Assembly (NCBI GenBank): GCA_964016885.1
Contig: OZ024742.1
Location: forward strand, 315,022,001-315,086,000
Direction of reading: 5' to 3'
Source of the DNA: Eledone cirrhosa
Lineage: Eukaryota
DNA length: 64,000 nucleotides
The notes beneath the pieces were generated by a model. It worked only from the letters and a program-made list of their open reading frames with translations, had not been told where the DNA came from and made no database searches. Made by a program: the position numbers and the translations under genes. Shown in pieces: positions 13,235-25,275 of the stretch; the first letter of the stretch is position 1, and every line of letters begins with the position of its first letter.

Positions 13235-13771
13235 CTCTGCTTGAACAACACTTCAATTTTCCTAAAGTACTGTTTATTATATATCCTATTGAGGATAGGT
13301 TTCTAAATAAGGATTAATACATAACGTTAAAAGTAAGATATTGAAAGATGAAAGCCTTTCAAGATGGATGTTAAAGTTTCCGACGTTTTCACTGCGGGTC
13401 ATCCTTTCAATCATTACAATTCTATATGCTCATGATGTATGTTTGTATATCATGTCTGGAATTTTCAATGCGCAGAAATTTTCAAATATATAATAATGAT
13501 AATAATGAAAATATTGTGTACAGTGCTCAGGTGCATTACAACTCATCAAAAATGTATGTATAGTACATAGGGTAATGTACAAACGTCAGGAAAATGAACA
13601 GTGCATGAGTCATGATATACACATGTGTTCATGTGTATGGAAGGGGGACATCAGGTGTAGTTTTGGCGAATTTCGGGTAGCATGAGGGTTCTAAAGCTAT
13701 AATATGTTCCATAACACGTTTACTGGATTAACTGCTTACATACAGACACACACACATACACACATACAAAG

Positions 13772-13853
<82 letters not shown>

Positions 13854-14465
13854 CATTATCTGTTGAAATCTAACTACGCATAGACTATTTCTGATGCAGT
13901 CCCCCACCACGCAGTTGAAGGGTTATCCTTTTGCTAATTTACGACTGTGGTGAGTACATGAGACCAGATTCACTAATTGACACATAGATAGCGCCTGACT
14001 CCACAAATTGTATTGCTGGAAAAGAACATTTGTCAGCCGGGCACACGAAGAGAAGGGCGTGTTTTCATCTCTGCGGCATATAAAAAAATCGGTTTTCATG
14101 TGAAGATACCGTTCTCGTAACAACAATAAATGCATGAATTATATATTGGATTGCATAAGAGAATCGTTGAAATAATTATTATAAATAAAGGATTTATTTA
14201 ACATCAGCATCTTTCTTGGAATACCACGTTGATGGAATGTCGAAAATATAACAAGGAGTTGGGAGATATCCATACACCGTCAGAGACGAGCGTACATATT
14301 GAAGCATATCTGAATATCTTTCGATTCCAGAGTCAGGTTCGGTCAATAATTGATCGTTCCTCGAGCTAATCAACAGTGAAACATATGTAATATGTTATTA
14401 AATATTTTATGATGCAACACTGATTCTTTGTTCCTTTATTATTATACGTCCCTTTATTATTATAC

Positions 14466-14597
14466 GTCCCTTTACGATCTGAGTTCAAATCCCGCCGAGG
14501 TTGACTTTGCCTTTCATCCTTACGGAGTCGATAAAATAAAGTATCAGTAATACACTGGGTAATTGCTGGCCTTGTGCCTAACGTAGAAACAATTATT
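14466..14597 (+). mobile_element. SINE (main family, 5' truncated)
   Basis: Family core and tail; short 18-bp duplications immediately upstream. Confidence 0.8.
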
Positions 14598-15048
14598 ATA
14601 CTATATACACACACACTTACACACACATACACACATACACACACACACACTCACACACACACACATATATACATATATATATATGTATATATATAAAACT
14701 AACCTTAACCACACGCACACTCTCTCACAGAGACACGCATTCACACACACACATATATATGTGTGTGTGCGTGTGCGTTTGTAAATGTATATATATATAT
14801 ATATATATAATATATTTAGAAACACACAGATACATGCGGACACACACATATATACATGAATGCATCCGCACCCAACTGTGAGTTAAGGGTGCCAACTTCA
14901 CCGATGTTGCTCAATGAATGACTGGGACAGACCAATTCAGTTGAACTAGACTGAACCAGTATCAGAGTTAAAAATACATTATGAAGAGAGAAGAAACATT
15001 TAGATATAATTAGTAATAAAATGTATCATACCTAAACTGCTCCTAAAT

Positions 15049-15138
15049 TCCTCGACTACGTAGTTTCGTGGCATAAACAATAACAATATATCATAAAGAC
15101 ATAGAGTCCTTGCGAGGTCTGCCGAGTTATCAAGAGGA
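15049..15138 (-). ncRNA. type I hammerhead, U3-A8 variant (array unit)
   Basis: tcctc-TTGATAA-ctcggca..tgccac-GAAA-ctacgtag-TC-gagga. Confidence 0.75.
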
Positions 15139-15643
15139 TACCTCATTTTACTAGTCTCAAGAACGCGTCTACACGACGTGAGAAAGAATCCCAAAAGGCG
15201 GAGGGGGAGATAGTCACGCGATATAACGGTCGAGAAACAGATCTAAGCCTCTTATAACCCCGAAGAAAATACCACAGAGGCGGAGGGGGTATTTATATCG
15301 AGGCCGCAGAAGAGGTAGTGAAGAAGGCGAGAAGTATGAGTAATGGAAGCTTTCCAGCTGTCCCCACACTTCAAAGATTGCTCGACCAGAGGGAGTTATT
15401 AACAATATATTTAGAAACACACAGATACATGCGGACACACACATATATACATGAATGCATCCGCACCCAACTGTGAGTTAAGGGTGCCAACTTCACCGAT
15501 GTTGCTCAATGAATGACTGGGACAGACCAATTCAGTTGAACTAGACTGAACCAGTATCAGAGTTAAAAATACATTATGAAGAGAGAAGAAACATTTAGAT
15601 ATAATTAGTAATAAAATGTATCATACCTAAACTGCTCCTAAAT

Positions 15644-15733
15644 TCCTCGACTACGTAGTTTCGTGGCATAAACAATAACAATATATCATAAAGACATAGA
15701 GTCCTTGCGAGGTCTGCCGAGTTATCAAGAGGA
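15644..15733 (-). ncRNA. type I hammerhead, U3-A8 variant (array unit)
   Basis: Same motif, 595 bp downstream. Confidence 0.75.
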
Positions 15734-16238
15734 TACCTCATTTTACTAGTCTCAAGAACGCGTCTACACGACGTGAGAAAGAATCCCAAAAGGCGGAGGG
15801 GGAGATAGTCACGCGATATAACGGTCGAGAAACAGAGCTAAGCCTCTTATAACCCCGAAGAAAATACCACAGAGGCGGAGGGGGTATTTATATCGAGGCC
15901 GCAGAAGAGGTGGTGAAGAAGGCGAGAAGTATGAGTAATGGAAGCTTTCCAGCTGTCCCCACACTTCAAAGATTGCTCGACCAGAGGGAGTTATTAACAA
16001 TATATTTAGAAACACACAGATACATGCGGACACACACATATATACATGAATGCATCCGCACCCAACTGTGAGTTAAGGGTGCCAACTTCACCGATGTTGC
16101 TCAATGAATGACTGGGACAGACCAATTCAGTTGAACTAGACTGAACCAGTATCAGAGTTAAAAATACATTATGAAGAGAGAAGAAACATTTAGATATAAT
16201 TAGTAATAAAATGTATCATACCTAAACTGCTCCTAAAT

Positions 16239-16328
16239 TCCTCGACTACGTAGTTTCGTGGCATAAACAATAACAATATATCATAAAGACATAGAGTCCT
16301 TGCGAGGTCTGCCGAGTTATCAAGAGGA
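16239..16328 (-). ncRNA. type I hammerhead, U3-A8 variant (array unit)
   Basis: Same motif, 1190 bp downstream. Confidence 0.75.
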
Positions 16329-17262
16329 TACCTCATTTTACTAGTCTCAAGAACGCGTCTACACGACGTGAGAAAGAATCCCAAAAGGCGGAGGGGGAGA
16401 TAGTCACGCGATATAACGGTCGAGAAACAGAGCTAAGCCTCTTATAACCCCGAAGAAAATACCACAGAGGCGGAGGTGGTATTTATATCGAGGCCGCAGA
16501 AGAGGTGGTGAAGAAGACGAGAAGTATGAGTAATGGGAGCTTTCCAGCTGTCCCCACACTTCAAAGATTTCTCGGCCAGAGGGAGTTATTAACAATATAT
16601 TTAGAAACACACAGATACATGCGGACACACACATATATACATGAATGCATCCGCACCCAACTGTGAGTTAAGGGTGCCAACTTCACCGATGTTGCTGGAC
16701 TCTATGTCTTTATGATATATTGTTATTGTTTATGCCACGAAACTACGTAGTCGAGGAATTTAGGAGCAGTTTAGGTATGATACATTTTATTACTAATTAT
16801 ATCTAAATGTTTCTTCTCTCTTCATAATGTATTTTTAACTCTGATACTGGTTCAGTCTAGTTCAACTGAATTGGTCTGTCCCAGTCATTCATTGAGCAAC
16901 ATCGGTGAAGTTGGCACCCTTAACTCACAGTTGGGTGCGGATGCATTCATGTATATATGTGTGTGTCCGCATGTATCTGTGTGTTTCTAAATATATTGTT
17001 AATAACTCCCTCTGGTCGAGCAATCTTTGAAGTGTGGGGACAGCTGGAAAGCTTCCATTACTCATACTTCTCGCCTTCTTCACCACCTCTTCTGCGGCCT
17101 CGATATAAATACCCCCTCCGCCTCTGTGGTATTTTCTTCGGGGTTATAAGAGGCTTAGCTCTGTTTCTCGACCGTTATATCGCGTGACTATCTCCCCCTC
17201 CGCCTTTTGGGATTCTTTCTCACGTCGTGTAGACGCGTTCTTGAGACTAGTAAAATGAGGTA

Positions 17263-17352
17263 TCCTCTTGATAACTCGGCAGACCTCGCAAGGACTCTAT
17301 GTCTTTATGATATATTGTTATTGTTTATGCCACGAAACTACGTAGTCGAGGA
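17263..17352 (+). ncRNA. type I hammerhead, U3-A8 variant (inverted array unit)
   Basis: tcctc-TTGATAA-ctcggca..tgccac-GAAA-ctacgtag-TC-gagga on the plus strand. Confidence 0.75.
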
Positions 17353-17418
17353 ATTTAGGAGCAGTTTAGGTATGATACATTTTATTACTAATTATATCTA
17401 AATGTTTCTTCTCTCTTC

Positions 17419-17463
<45 letters not shown>

Positions 17464-17468
<5 letters not shown>

Positions 17469-17630
17469 AGATTGAATGGCAACAAAACAGAGAGGCAGTA
17501 CGAACAAAGGTTTATTAGTTTCACGCTCTTGAGAGTGGGGTGGTGGTGGAGAATGACGTTTCGGGAATAAGCCCTTCTTCAGGCGAAAAGTGCACTAAGA
17601 GTGAGTACTCCCTTCCTCTCTTCCTCTTTT
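17464..17630 (-). mobile_element. PLE-type 3' end with HHR-like core
   Basis: CTGAAGA-aggg.cttatt.ccc-GAAA-cg-TC; homologous to 44030-44150 and 63450-63570. Confidence 0.55.
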
Positions 17631-17862
17631 ATATATATATAGATAGATTTCTTTATTTACCATAAAGGCATAAAAAGAAGGGACAAATACAAAGGGGGAG
17701 TTTACATATAATCGAGTAAAAAGGGTGTAACATGAAAATAATGGAAAATAACCTCAAAAGGGAGGGGACGTGATGGGGGTTGCACACACCCCCGAAAAAG
17801 TGTGCAATCCTTTGCCCGGGGAGCACATGGAGAAGGTGCTCCCCTCTCCTTTACTTCTTTAC

Positions 17863-20800
17863 CTACAGGATGGTATACAGAGAAGGCCCATTTACACGAG
17901 CCATTCTCGCAACTATCACCCACCTTTCATAAAACTGCCTGTGGCCAAGCACCTCTCTCTCCATTCTTATCCTTCTTCCGAAGTGATATCGGAAGAAGTA
18001 GACCAGACTATGGCCAGAGAGGAAGTTGCCTGACCTCAGACCTTTCAATCGTGTCCACCAAACAACCTCTTTCAACATGGCTATTACGCACAGAAAAACC
18101 GCCTTTGCTTCCTTTGTGAAGAGGGGAGGCGGTTTGATTGTCATCACGGACTCGGCGGTCAATTTAATCGGCGCCACCCGCGACAGCAGTCGTTCGGCGT
18201 AGCCCCACAGATCAGCCACGCCCGGACATTGCACCAATGCGTGCGCAACGGTTTCTTCGTGACGCACGCATCTAGGGCAAATCTTTTTTGAGGGATCCCT
18301 GCCCGGGCGCCCGTGTCTGTAGAGCCTCTCTCGAACGGGTAGAGCCCCCCGGTAGCACTGCCAGGCCAGTGACTTCTGGAAGTTGTCCATTGGTCCTGGG
18401 CCGAAAGTCCTACCGAACAGGCTGGCCAGTTCGTCTTCTTCCATGTCCAGCGACTCTCCAAGGGTGTCATCGCCCCTGCTAGCCACCAGCCCTCTATAGA
18501 ATGATGAGGTGGATTCTCCACCGATGGCCTGGCCCGCTTGCCAGAGAGCCCTGAGCGCCTGAGCACACTCAGTGTGCCAGTCTCCCAGTTTTCCGGATCT
18601 TTGCTCGGTGAGCGAGACGAGTCTCGGAAAGGCTCGTTTCACGAACGGAGCCCACACCGGTTGACCAGTGAGGAATACCTGTAGGTGCCGTAGCCTTAAT
18701 GCGTGCCTACGCATCATCAACCACGGCATCCCCAGCCCTCCTTTCGAAGGTTGTTGGCAGCAGATGGATCTTCTCACCATAGGAGGGCGCTTCTTCCAAA
18801 GAAATTGGAAGAGCATGCGTTCCATGGTGGTGAGTGTTTCCTTAGGGCAAGGCACGACAGTCAGGCGGTATTAAGTGACGGACGCTATGTAAATGTTCGC
18901 CACCTCCGCCCGGCCTTTTAGGGACAGCTTACACTTGGCCCATTTCTGGGTTAGTGCAAACACCTTGTTCGTAACCTCGTTCCAGTTCTTTTCCACCTGG
19001 AGGTCCGGTCCAAACCAGACCCCAAGCAACTTTACCGGGCCCTCCGTCCAGTGTCCGACGACACCGTCAGGAGGCATCGGTCTGCCTCTCCACGTTCCGA
19101 GTTGCAGCCCGATGGATTTTTCCCGGTTCAGTTTCGCTCCTGACAACCTTTCGTACTCCTCCAGTAAGGTACCGATCGCCTCGATCTCCGAGTCGGTCGA
19201 TACCATTACTGTTACGTCATCGGCGTAGGCCGACACCGCTTTGCTCAATCCTGGTTCCAGGGGGATACCCTGCAACAACTCCAACTTCCTCAGTAAAGGC
19301 TCGAGAGTCAATACGTACAGAAGGGAGGAGAGAGGGCACCCCTGTCGAATGGATCGTATGATTTCGAACGGCTTCGAAAGGTAGCCGTTCACTTTGATCC
19401 TAGAACAGATGTGGTTGCTATGTAAGGCAGTTATCCAGCCTCTGAAAACAGGACCGAACCCAGCCGCCGCTAGCACCGCATCCAGGTAACCATGGTCGAC
19501 CCTATCGAAGGCCTTAGACTGATCCAAGTTGATCAGGGCCCCACCGAAGCCGGGTTTGTTGCCAACCCTCTCTATGATGTATCGCATGAGGTGGAGGTTA
19601 TCGTGAATGGACCTGGATGGGATAGCACATGTCTGCGCATCTCCCACCAGGCCACCCACGACAAGCGCCAACCTCTTTGCTAACACCTTGGCCAAAATCT
19701 TTAACTCTGTGTTTAGTAGGGTTATGGGCCGAAAATTATTTATACTATCCCCCTTGTTCTCGTCCTTCCTCACCAGCGTGACTACGTCCTTGGCTACAGA
19801 ACAAGGAATTCTCCCGTTCTGCTGCCAATTGCAGTAGACCGCTTCGAGGAGTTCGGAGAAGAAGACCGGCATTGCTAAATAAAGTTCGTAAGGTATACCA
19901 TTGAGACCTGGAGATTTGCGTCTGCTGCATTGGCTCAGCGCATCTCCGATCTCATCAGCCGAGATTGGTCCCTCGCAGGACTCTGCCTCTTCGCTCGAGA
20001 GACGCGGCAGGCCGTCGAGGTATGGACCGAAATCCACGCCCCCGCCCGGACCCTCGCCTCCCCCGAACAATCGGGCAAAGTGCCTTTGAAAGGCCTCGCA
20101 CATCTGCTTAGGCTCCCGGATCACCCGTCCATCTTCGTCTTGCAACGACCGGATGGTGGATCGATTTCCACTCATAGCTTCTGTCACGCGGGCCCAGCCA
20201 ACGGCTTTGGCCCCCTCATTACCTAGAGCACGTATTTTACTTCGAATGACGCAGCCTTCGTGCTTTGCATCGAAAAACTGGTTCAAGGCCGTCCTCGATG
20301 CCAGCACTCTGGCCACATCTTCGCTCTTGATTGCCTCTTCTAATTTACCTGTTAATTCTTTCTCGTTTCTATTCCTATCGGCAGCTAACATCTTGCTATA
20401 ACTTATTGATTCTGTTCTAATCTCTCTTTTGAGAGATGCCCACCATCGGTTGTTGACGATTGCACCCGTCAACCTCTCCTTAACTAATCTGCTAATCCGG
20501 TTTCTGCAAGTCTCTTTTGCCGGTAAAGACAAATTAAGTTTCCAGTAACCGGGACCCTGTTTATGTGTTTTCTCGAGATTGACTACGCAGGTCACTAATT
20601 TGTGGTCCGTGTAGCCAACCGTGCGCATTTCTGGACAGCTTAATATGTCCCTATCCTTACTTCTAACTAAGAATCTATCTAAGTACGATCTAGATTGACC
20701 ACTGTGGTTTCTCCAAGTCCAGGTAGGCACAGTTGGAAAATCTAGTCGATATCTATCGACCAAGTTAAAACGGTCGAGTAACCCCTTGAGGCTGTTACAC

Positions 20801-21282
20801 CCCCCTCTATTAGGACATGCTCCTGCATAGTCCCAACGTGCATCTAGGATGTCATTTCAATCCCCCGCTAGAAGCAGGGAACGCGATGTTCCCAGAAAAG
20901 TCTCCAAACGCTGGAAGAAGTCGGGACGTTCAGCTCCGAAAGGGGAGTAGACGGCGACCAGTCTCAAGGCCGCACTTTCACTACTGCCAACGTCTAGCAC
21001 CAACAAACGACCCTCCGGGTCCGAGTGCACAACCTGTACGGCAAGACCCAGGTGTTTTTGCAGCAGTACGACAACCCCACCCCCACCTCCAGGTTGACAG
21101 AGAGATGCATGCACCTCAAAGTCATCGAAGGTGGGGGCCAGCTGCCGCACGACGCTGATTCGAGTCTCACAGATAACCATTACATTTATACTACATGACC
21201 TGAGGTCATTTAGAAGCTTTGCTTGCTTCCAAGTTGAGCCCAGGCCACGTGCATTCAAACATCCTACTCTTAATACATCCAT
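17863..21282 (-). pseudogene. Tx1 ORF2 (APE endonuclease, reverse transcriptase, C-terminal zinc finger), disabled
   Basis: CLNARGL, SYLDRF, TDHK, NFRPITLLN, KAFDRV, QGCPLS, YADD, CPRC..H...C; in-frame TGA at about 20857 (GD*N, probably GDWN) and a frameshift at about 18871. Confidence 0.92.
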
Positions 21283-21406
21283 GTGGGCGGCAGAGCCAAA
21301 GGAGAGTGTAGAGACCTACCTTTCCGCTTCCCGGGGTTCGGGTTGCACGACTTCCATGGGGTCGGGGGTGCTGGGTGAAGGGGTGTCTTGTGGTGGTGTG
21401 GGGTCG

Positions 21407-23179
21407 TCAGTGTGTGGTGGGGTTGGGGTGTTTGGAGTTGTGTTGGGGGGGGGGGGGGAAGCTTTTTAGTAGGACGCGGTTTATGGGTTTGACAGAGGGT
21501 GGTCCTACGTCCTCCTTAAAATCCTTTTTTAGTTTTTGGTAGAGGTTCATTGGGATCTTTATTAATTTTAAATGTGGGTAGTTTTCTGAAGAAACAAAGT
21601 TTACACCTTCGGTTTGTACCGAAGGATTATTGTATATGAGTTCATTTAATTTATTAGTGTTTCTGTTGATGTAAGTATAGTGTAAAGTCTTTTTTTCGGA
21701 TGGTGTGAGTGTTTCGAAGAGGGGAAGGGCAGGTTTGGTTTTGTTTGTTGCTGGAGGGGTGTTTTCTGTTTTGTTGGATTGTGTTGAGATTTGGGTGGGG
21801 GTTGTTTGGCCTTGTGTGTTTTGCACATGTTTTCTTTTTTTCCTTTTAATCTGTCTGAAGGACTCCGTTTCTTCCTCCGAATTCGTTGGGTTATCATCAG
21901 TGTTGGAGGGAAGAGGTATGTTTGCTGGTAATGTTTCCGTGTTGGTTTTCTTTGTGGGGGAGATGGATGTCACTATGTTAGACTGTGTTGTGTGTTGTGT
22001 CTGCGGTGGTTGTGTTGTTTTATTGAGTGAGAGGTTGGGTGGGCCTGTATTTTGTTTTGGGGTAATGTGTTGTGACTGTTTGTGTTGTGGTGGTGGTGTG
22101 GTTTTACTGAGGGACGGGTTGGGTGGGACTGAGTTTTGTTGTTTGTGTATCTGTTGTGGTGGTGGTGGTGGAGCTGGTGTTGGTAGCAGGGTTTTGTTTT
22201 TGTTGAGTTGGGGACAAGCGGCCTTCAGGTGCCCTCTGCCTGCACAGATATGGCAGGACGGCCTTCTCCCCTCCACGCTAATGTTTATATACCCGTGGTC
22301 CTCTAATAGGATTCTGTCGGGTATTTGGGCGATGCGTTCAGGCTTCATTTGCACTACCAGCTCTATACCTGTTCCACTGAACGCATTGCCTGTGGTTTTC
22401 CCAATGGAAATCACGTTGTCATTCACTGGATCGATGAAGCCAGCTATGAGCCAGCAGTAGTCCACATCTGGCATCATTGCATCCAGCCATATGCGTTGAG
22501 TTCTTTTCCCCATATAAGATGGATAAAAGGTGAAATTTTTCGAACGAATCGGTGACAAAGCACATTTTTTTGCCGCCGATTCGTTCTTCATGATAATTGC
22601 TAGGCTTCCATACAGTCTGTCTTTTCTTATGAAAGTGGTTTCATTAAGTACTTCTGTGAGTACTGTTTTGATATCTGCTTGAGAAGGCTGTTCAGGTTTT
22701 TTTGTACTGTTGTTGATGGTCCGAAACTTGATCGTTCGGCTTTCAATGTCTTTGGTGAATTCTTGAGGCATTTTTACCGATAAAATACCATTCTCTCCTT
22801 CACTTATGTATTGTTTGGTGTCTGTGATCCTTCGTGCCACATCTGAAATATTTTCCGGTATATAAGTCAAAGATTTCTTTGTTTTCTGTGCAAATGAAAT
22901 CTTGTCGTCTGCTTTGCTTTCTGTTATGGTGTTATTTTCAAATGTTATTTTTGTGTTTGTTGTGTCTTTGTTATTAGTATTGTCATGCAATTTTTCAAAT
23001 TTTTTTTTTTCGTTGTTGGAATCCATGTCCAGATTTGTGTTTTCGTCATTTTTTTTCTCCGCAGATTCGTCTGTTTTTATTTTAATTTTTCCTTCCTTCT
23101 CTATGACGTTAGTTGGGAAGGAAGGGGGGACTAAAGCGTGCGAGCTTACAACTCTTACCGCTGTCCCCCCCCCCACCAC
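21407..23179 (-). CDS. Tx1 ORF1 gag-like nucleic-acid-binding protein
   Basis: 590-aa ORF with CHICAGRGHLKAAC (CX2CX4HX4C), a Pro/Gln/Thr-rich linker and a basic KRKKRK patch; first ATG at 23026; a poly-G run at 21445 may shift the end. Confidence 0.85.
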   Translation of the reverse strand: MVGGGTAVRVVSSHALVPPSFPTNVIEKEGKIKIKTDESAEKKNDENTNLDMDSNNEKKKFEKLHDNTNNKDTTNTKITFENNTITESKADDKISFAQKTKKSLTYIPENISDVARRITDTKQYISEGENGILSVKMPQEFTKDIESRTIKFRTINNSTKKPEQPSQADIKTVLTEVLNETTFIRKDRLYGSLAIIMKNESAAKKCALSPIRSKNFTFYPSYMGKRTQRIWLDAMMPDVDYCWLIAGFIDPVNDNVISIGKTTGNAFSGTGIELVVQMKPERIAQIPDRILLEDHGYINISVEGRRPSCHICAGRGHLKAACPQLNKNKTLLPTPAPPPPPQQIHKQQNSVPPNPSLSKTTPPPQHKQSQHITPKQNTGPPNLSLNKTTQPPQTQHTTQSNIVTSISPTKKTNTETLPANIPLPSNTDDNPTNSEEETESFRQIKRKKRKHVQNTQGQTTPTQISTQSNKTENTPPATNKTKPALPLFETLTPSEKKTLHYTYINRNTNKLNELIYNNPSVQTEGVNFVSSENYPHLKLIKIPMNLYQKLKKDFKEDVGPPSVKPINRVLLKSFPPPPQHNSKHPNPTTH

Positions 23180-23450
23180 TATTTTCGTTCGCTGCGTTTA
23201 ACATTTCTGTTAGACGATTGAAATTTTTTTGCCACAAAATTTTTTAAAACAGGTTTTTCACCTCTAGGAGGGGTAAAGATGAGCTGACCCACCGCCTGAC
23301 AGTTCAGACGGGGGGGTCAAGCTACACAATTGTATCAAAATTAAGTTTGAACTCACAAAATTTCCTCAATAAATTTGAACAAAACTTCTGCGCGAAGTGA
23401 ATTACATCCACACTGTAGAACAGACGACAGCTAGATTAATATATATATAT

Positions 23451-23557
<107 letters not shown>

Positions 23558-24012
23558 TGTGTGTGTGTGTATTGGACCCTTATATGTATGTATCTTTATC
23601 AATAAATGAATATATTTTTAGTCTTATATAAATGTATATATTAATTGCGTTTTCATTCAGTCGTTTTATAGACCATTAATATTTCGTATTAAATAGACGT
23701 GAAGGTTTGTAAATTGATGTACAAAACATATTATAGGCCTTAACACATAATGGGCCTTGTAAATTCATAGTAATGCTCTAAGACAATTTTAGTGATGTAT
23801 CCCCATGGGAACGTCACGAAAAATACATTCGTGATTCGAATTATTTAATTCGTAATATCCTCGACATATGCACAACCATATAAACAAATGTAAATATATA
23901 TATATATATATACAGGGTGTCCACAGAAAAATGTATACATACTTCAATAGCATTCTAATAAATATTTCCTGTACTGGTAATCAAAGTGTGTATAAAATGT
24001 TGGGGGGAAATA

Positions 24013-24068
<56 letters not shown>

Positions 24069-24112
24069 TAAAAAAGCGAAAAATCATTGATGCATCTGGA
24101 CACAGTTTATTG

Positions 24113-24203
24113 CGTGTTACAATTGTTTCGCCGGCAAGTAGATCGAGACATGATCACTGTTTGGATCTGGGTGATTCTACGGCTGCAGGTTCCTTCGGAC
24201 ACG
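24113..24203 (-). ncRNA. variant or degenerate hammerhead
   Basis: cgtgt-CCGAAGG..gccg..cggc-GAAA-caattg-TA-acacg; perfect stem I but atypical core. Confidence 0.45.
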
Positions 24204-24328
24204 GGTTGTTTGTTCGGAGCATATTTTCTCACGTTTTTTTATACTATCCACACTCTACTCTGTATGAATATTGAGTGCTAATTTTGGCATAGTGCCTATG
24301 GAAGCACCATAGCTACCATTATACACAA

Positions 24329-24366
<38 letters not shown>

Positions 24367-24461
24367 GCAGAACACTGGAAGGTAATATCTGTAGTGGTAG
24401 AGCACTCAGTCCATGTGACGAGTTAGGTAGAAGTGGTTACACAACAGTTAGTTCACTATTA

Positions 24462-24499
24462 CGAGCTGAGGATCCGCTGAGGTGAAACAATTGTTCTCG
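24462..24499 (+). ncRNA. minimal type I hammerhead inside a fold-back
   Basis: cgag-CTGAGGA-tcc.gctga.ggt-GAAA-caattg-TT-ctcg; enclosed by inverted arms 24431-24456/24505-24530; decayed relative at 40230-40292. Confidence 0.75.
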
Positions 24500-24534
24500 G
24501 TATGGTGAACTAACTGTTGTGTAACCACTTATAT

Positions 24535-24571
24535 ATGCTGACGATAGCTAACAAGCTTGAAACTAGTACAT
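24535..24571 (+). ncRNA. minimal type I hammerhead (5' stem I truncated)
   Basis: atg-CTGACGA-tagc.taacaa.gctt-GAAA-ctag-TA-cat. Confidence 0.7.
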
Positions 24572-24723
24572 CGTTCCTGTGTCAGTGTTGAACAAAAAGG
24601 TGACGTGGTTGCCTGAACACTGTACGGCGTAAATCAGGCTGTCCGTTTGTTTACAAACGAACAAAGCGAACATTATAATAAATGTTCGGTAAACTGATAC
24701 GTACATGTATATATGTGTGCCTG

Positions 24724-24812
<89 letters not shown>

Positions 24813-25045
24813 GCTACTGTACGTCTGTATACATATATGTATGTACGTATACATATATACTTACATTTAAGTAAGTGCCGTACTAAGAGTGAGAAATGAA
24901 ATTTCGTTTCATTCTATTCCATTTATCGTTTTCGGTGCGCTTGGCCGACTGAACTCACTCGATATGCAAATTAGGCTGCTCAGCCGTTAATTTTCATAAG
25001 GAAAGTATATACTTTCGAACGTTCAACCATCTGGCAGAAAGGTAT

Positions 25046-25088
25046 ACGGTGCTGACGATAGCTAACAAGCTTGAAACTAGTACATCGT
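25046..25088 (+). ncRNA. minimal type I hammerhead
   Basis: acggtg-CTGACGA-tagc.taacaa.gctt-GAAA-ctag-TA-catcgt. Confidence 0.8.
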
Positions 25089-25241
25089 TCCTGTGTCAGT
25101 GTTGAACAAAAAGGTGACGTGGTTGCCTGAACACTGTACGGCGTAAATCAGGCTGTCCGTTTGTTTACGAACGAACAAAGCGAACATTATAATAAATGTT
25201 CGGTAAACTGATACGTACATGTATATATGTGTGCCTGTATG

Positions 25242-25275
<34 letters not shown>

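Larger units (their letters stand above)
14808..17423. mobile_element. 595-bp tandem array with one HHR per unit and an internal inversion (retrozyme-like)
   Basis: Identical short ORFs recur at 15000/15595/16190 (period 595); orientation flips at about 16696/16697; both ends abut (TA)n. Confidence 0.85.
17649..23430 (-). mobile_element. full-length Tx1-clade (L1 group) non-LTR retrotransposon
   Basis: 5' UTR, ORF1 with CCHC knuckle, ORF2 APE-RT-zinc finger, 3' UTR ending aataaagaaa; flanked by TA/GATA repeats. Confidence 0.9.

Noticed and set aside
15000-15444. Repeated 64-aa and 76-aa ORFs in the 595-bp unit
   Set aside because: Non-ATG or microsatellite-derived starts and no recognisable domain; the 64-aa frame is not preserved in the 59.6-kb array
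21705-22460. 251-aa plus-strand ORF and other antisense ORFs over the LINEs
   Set aside because: Antisense shadows of A/C-rich LINE coding sequence
23911-24020. TACAGGGTGTCC Tc1/mariner-like TIR start
   Set aside because: No matching opposite TIR or transposase found
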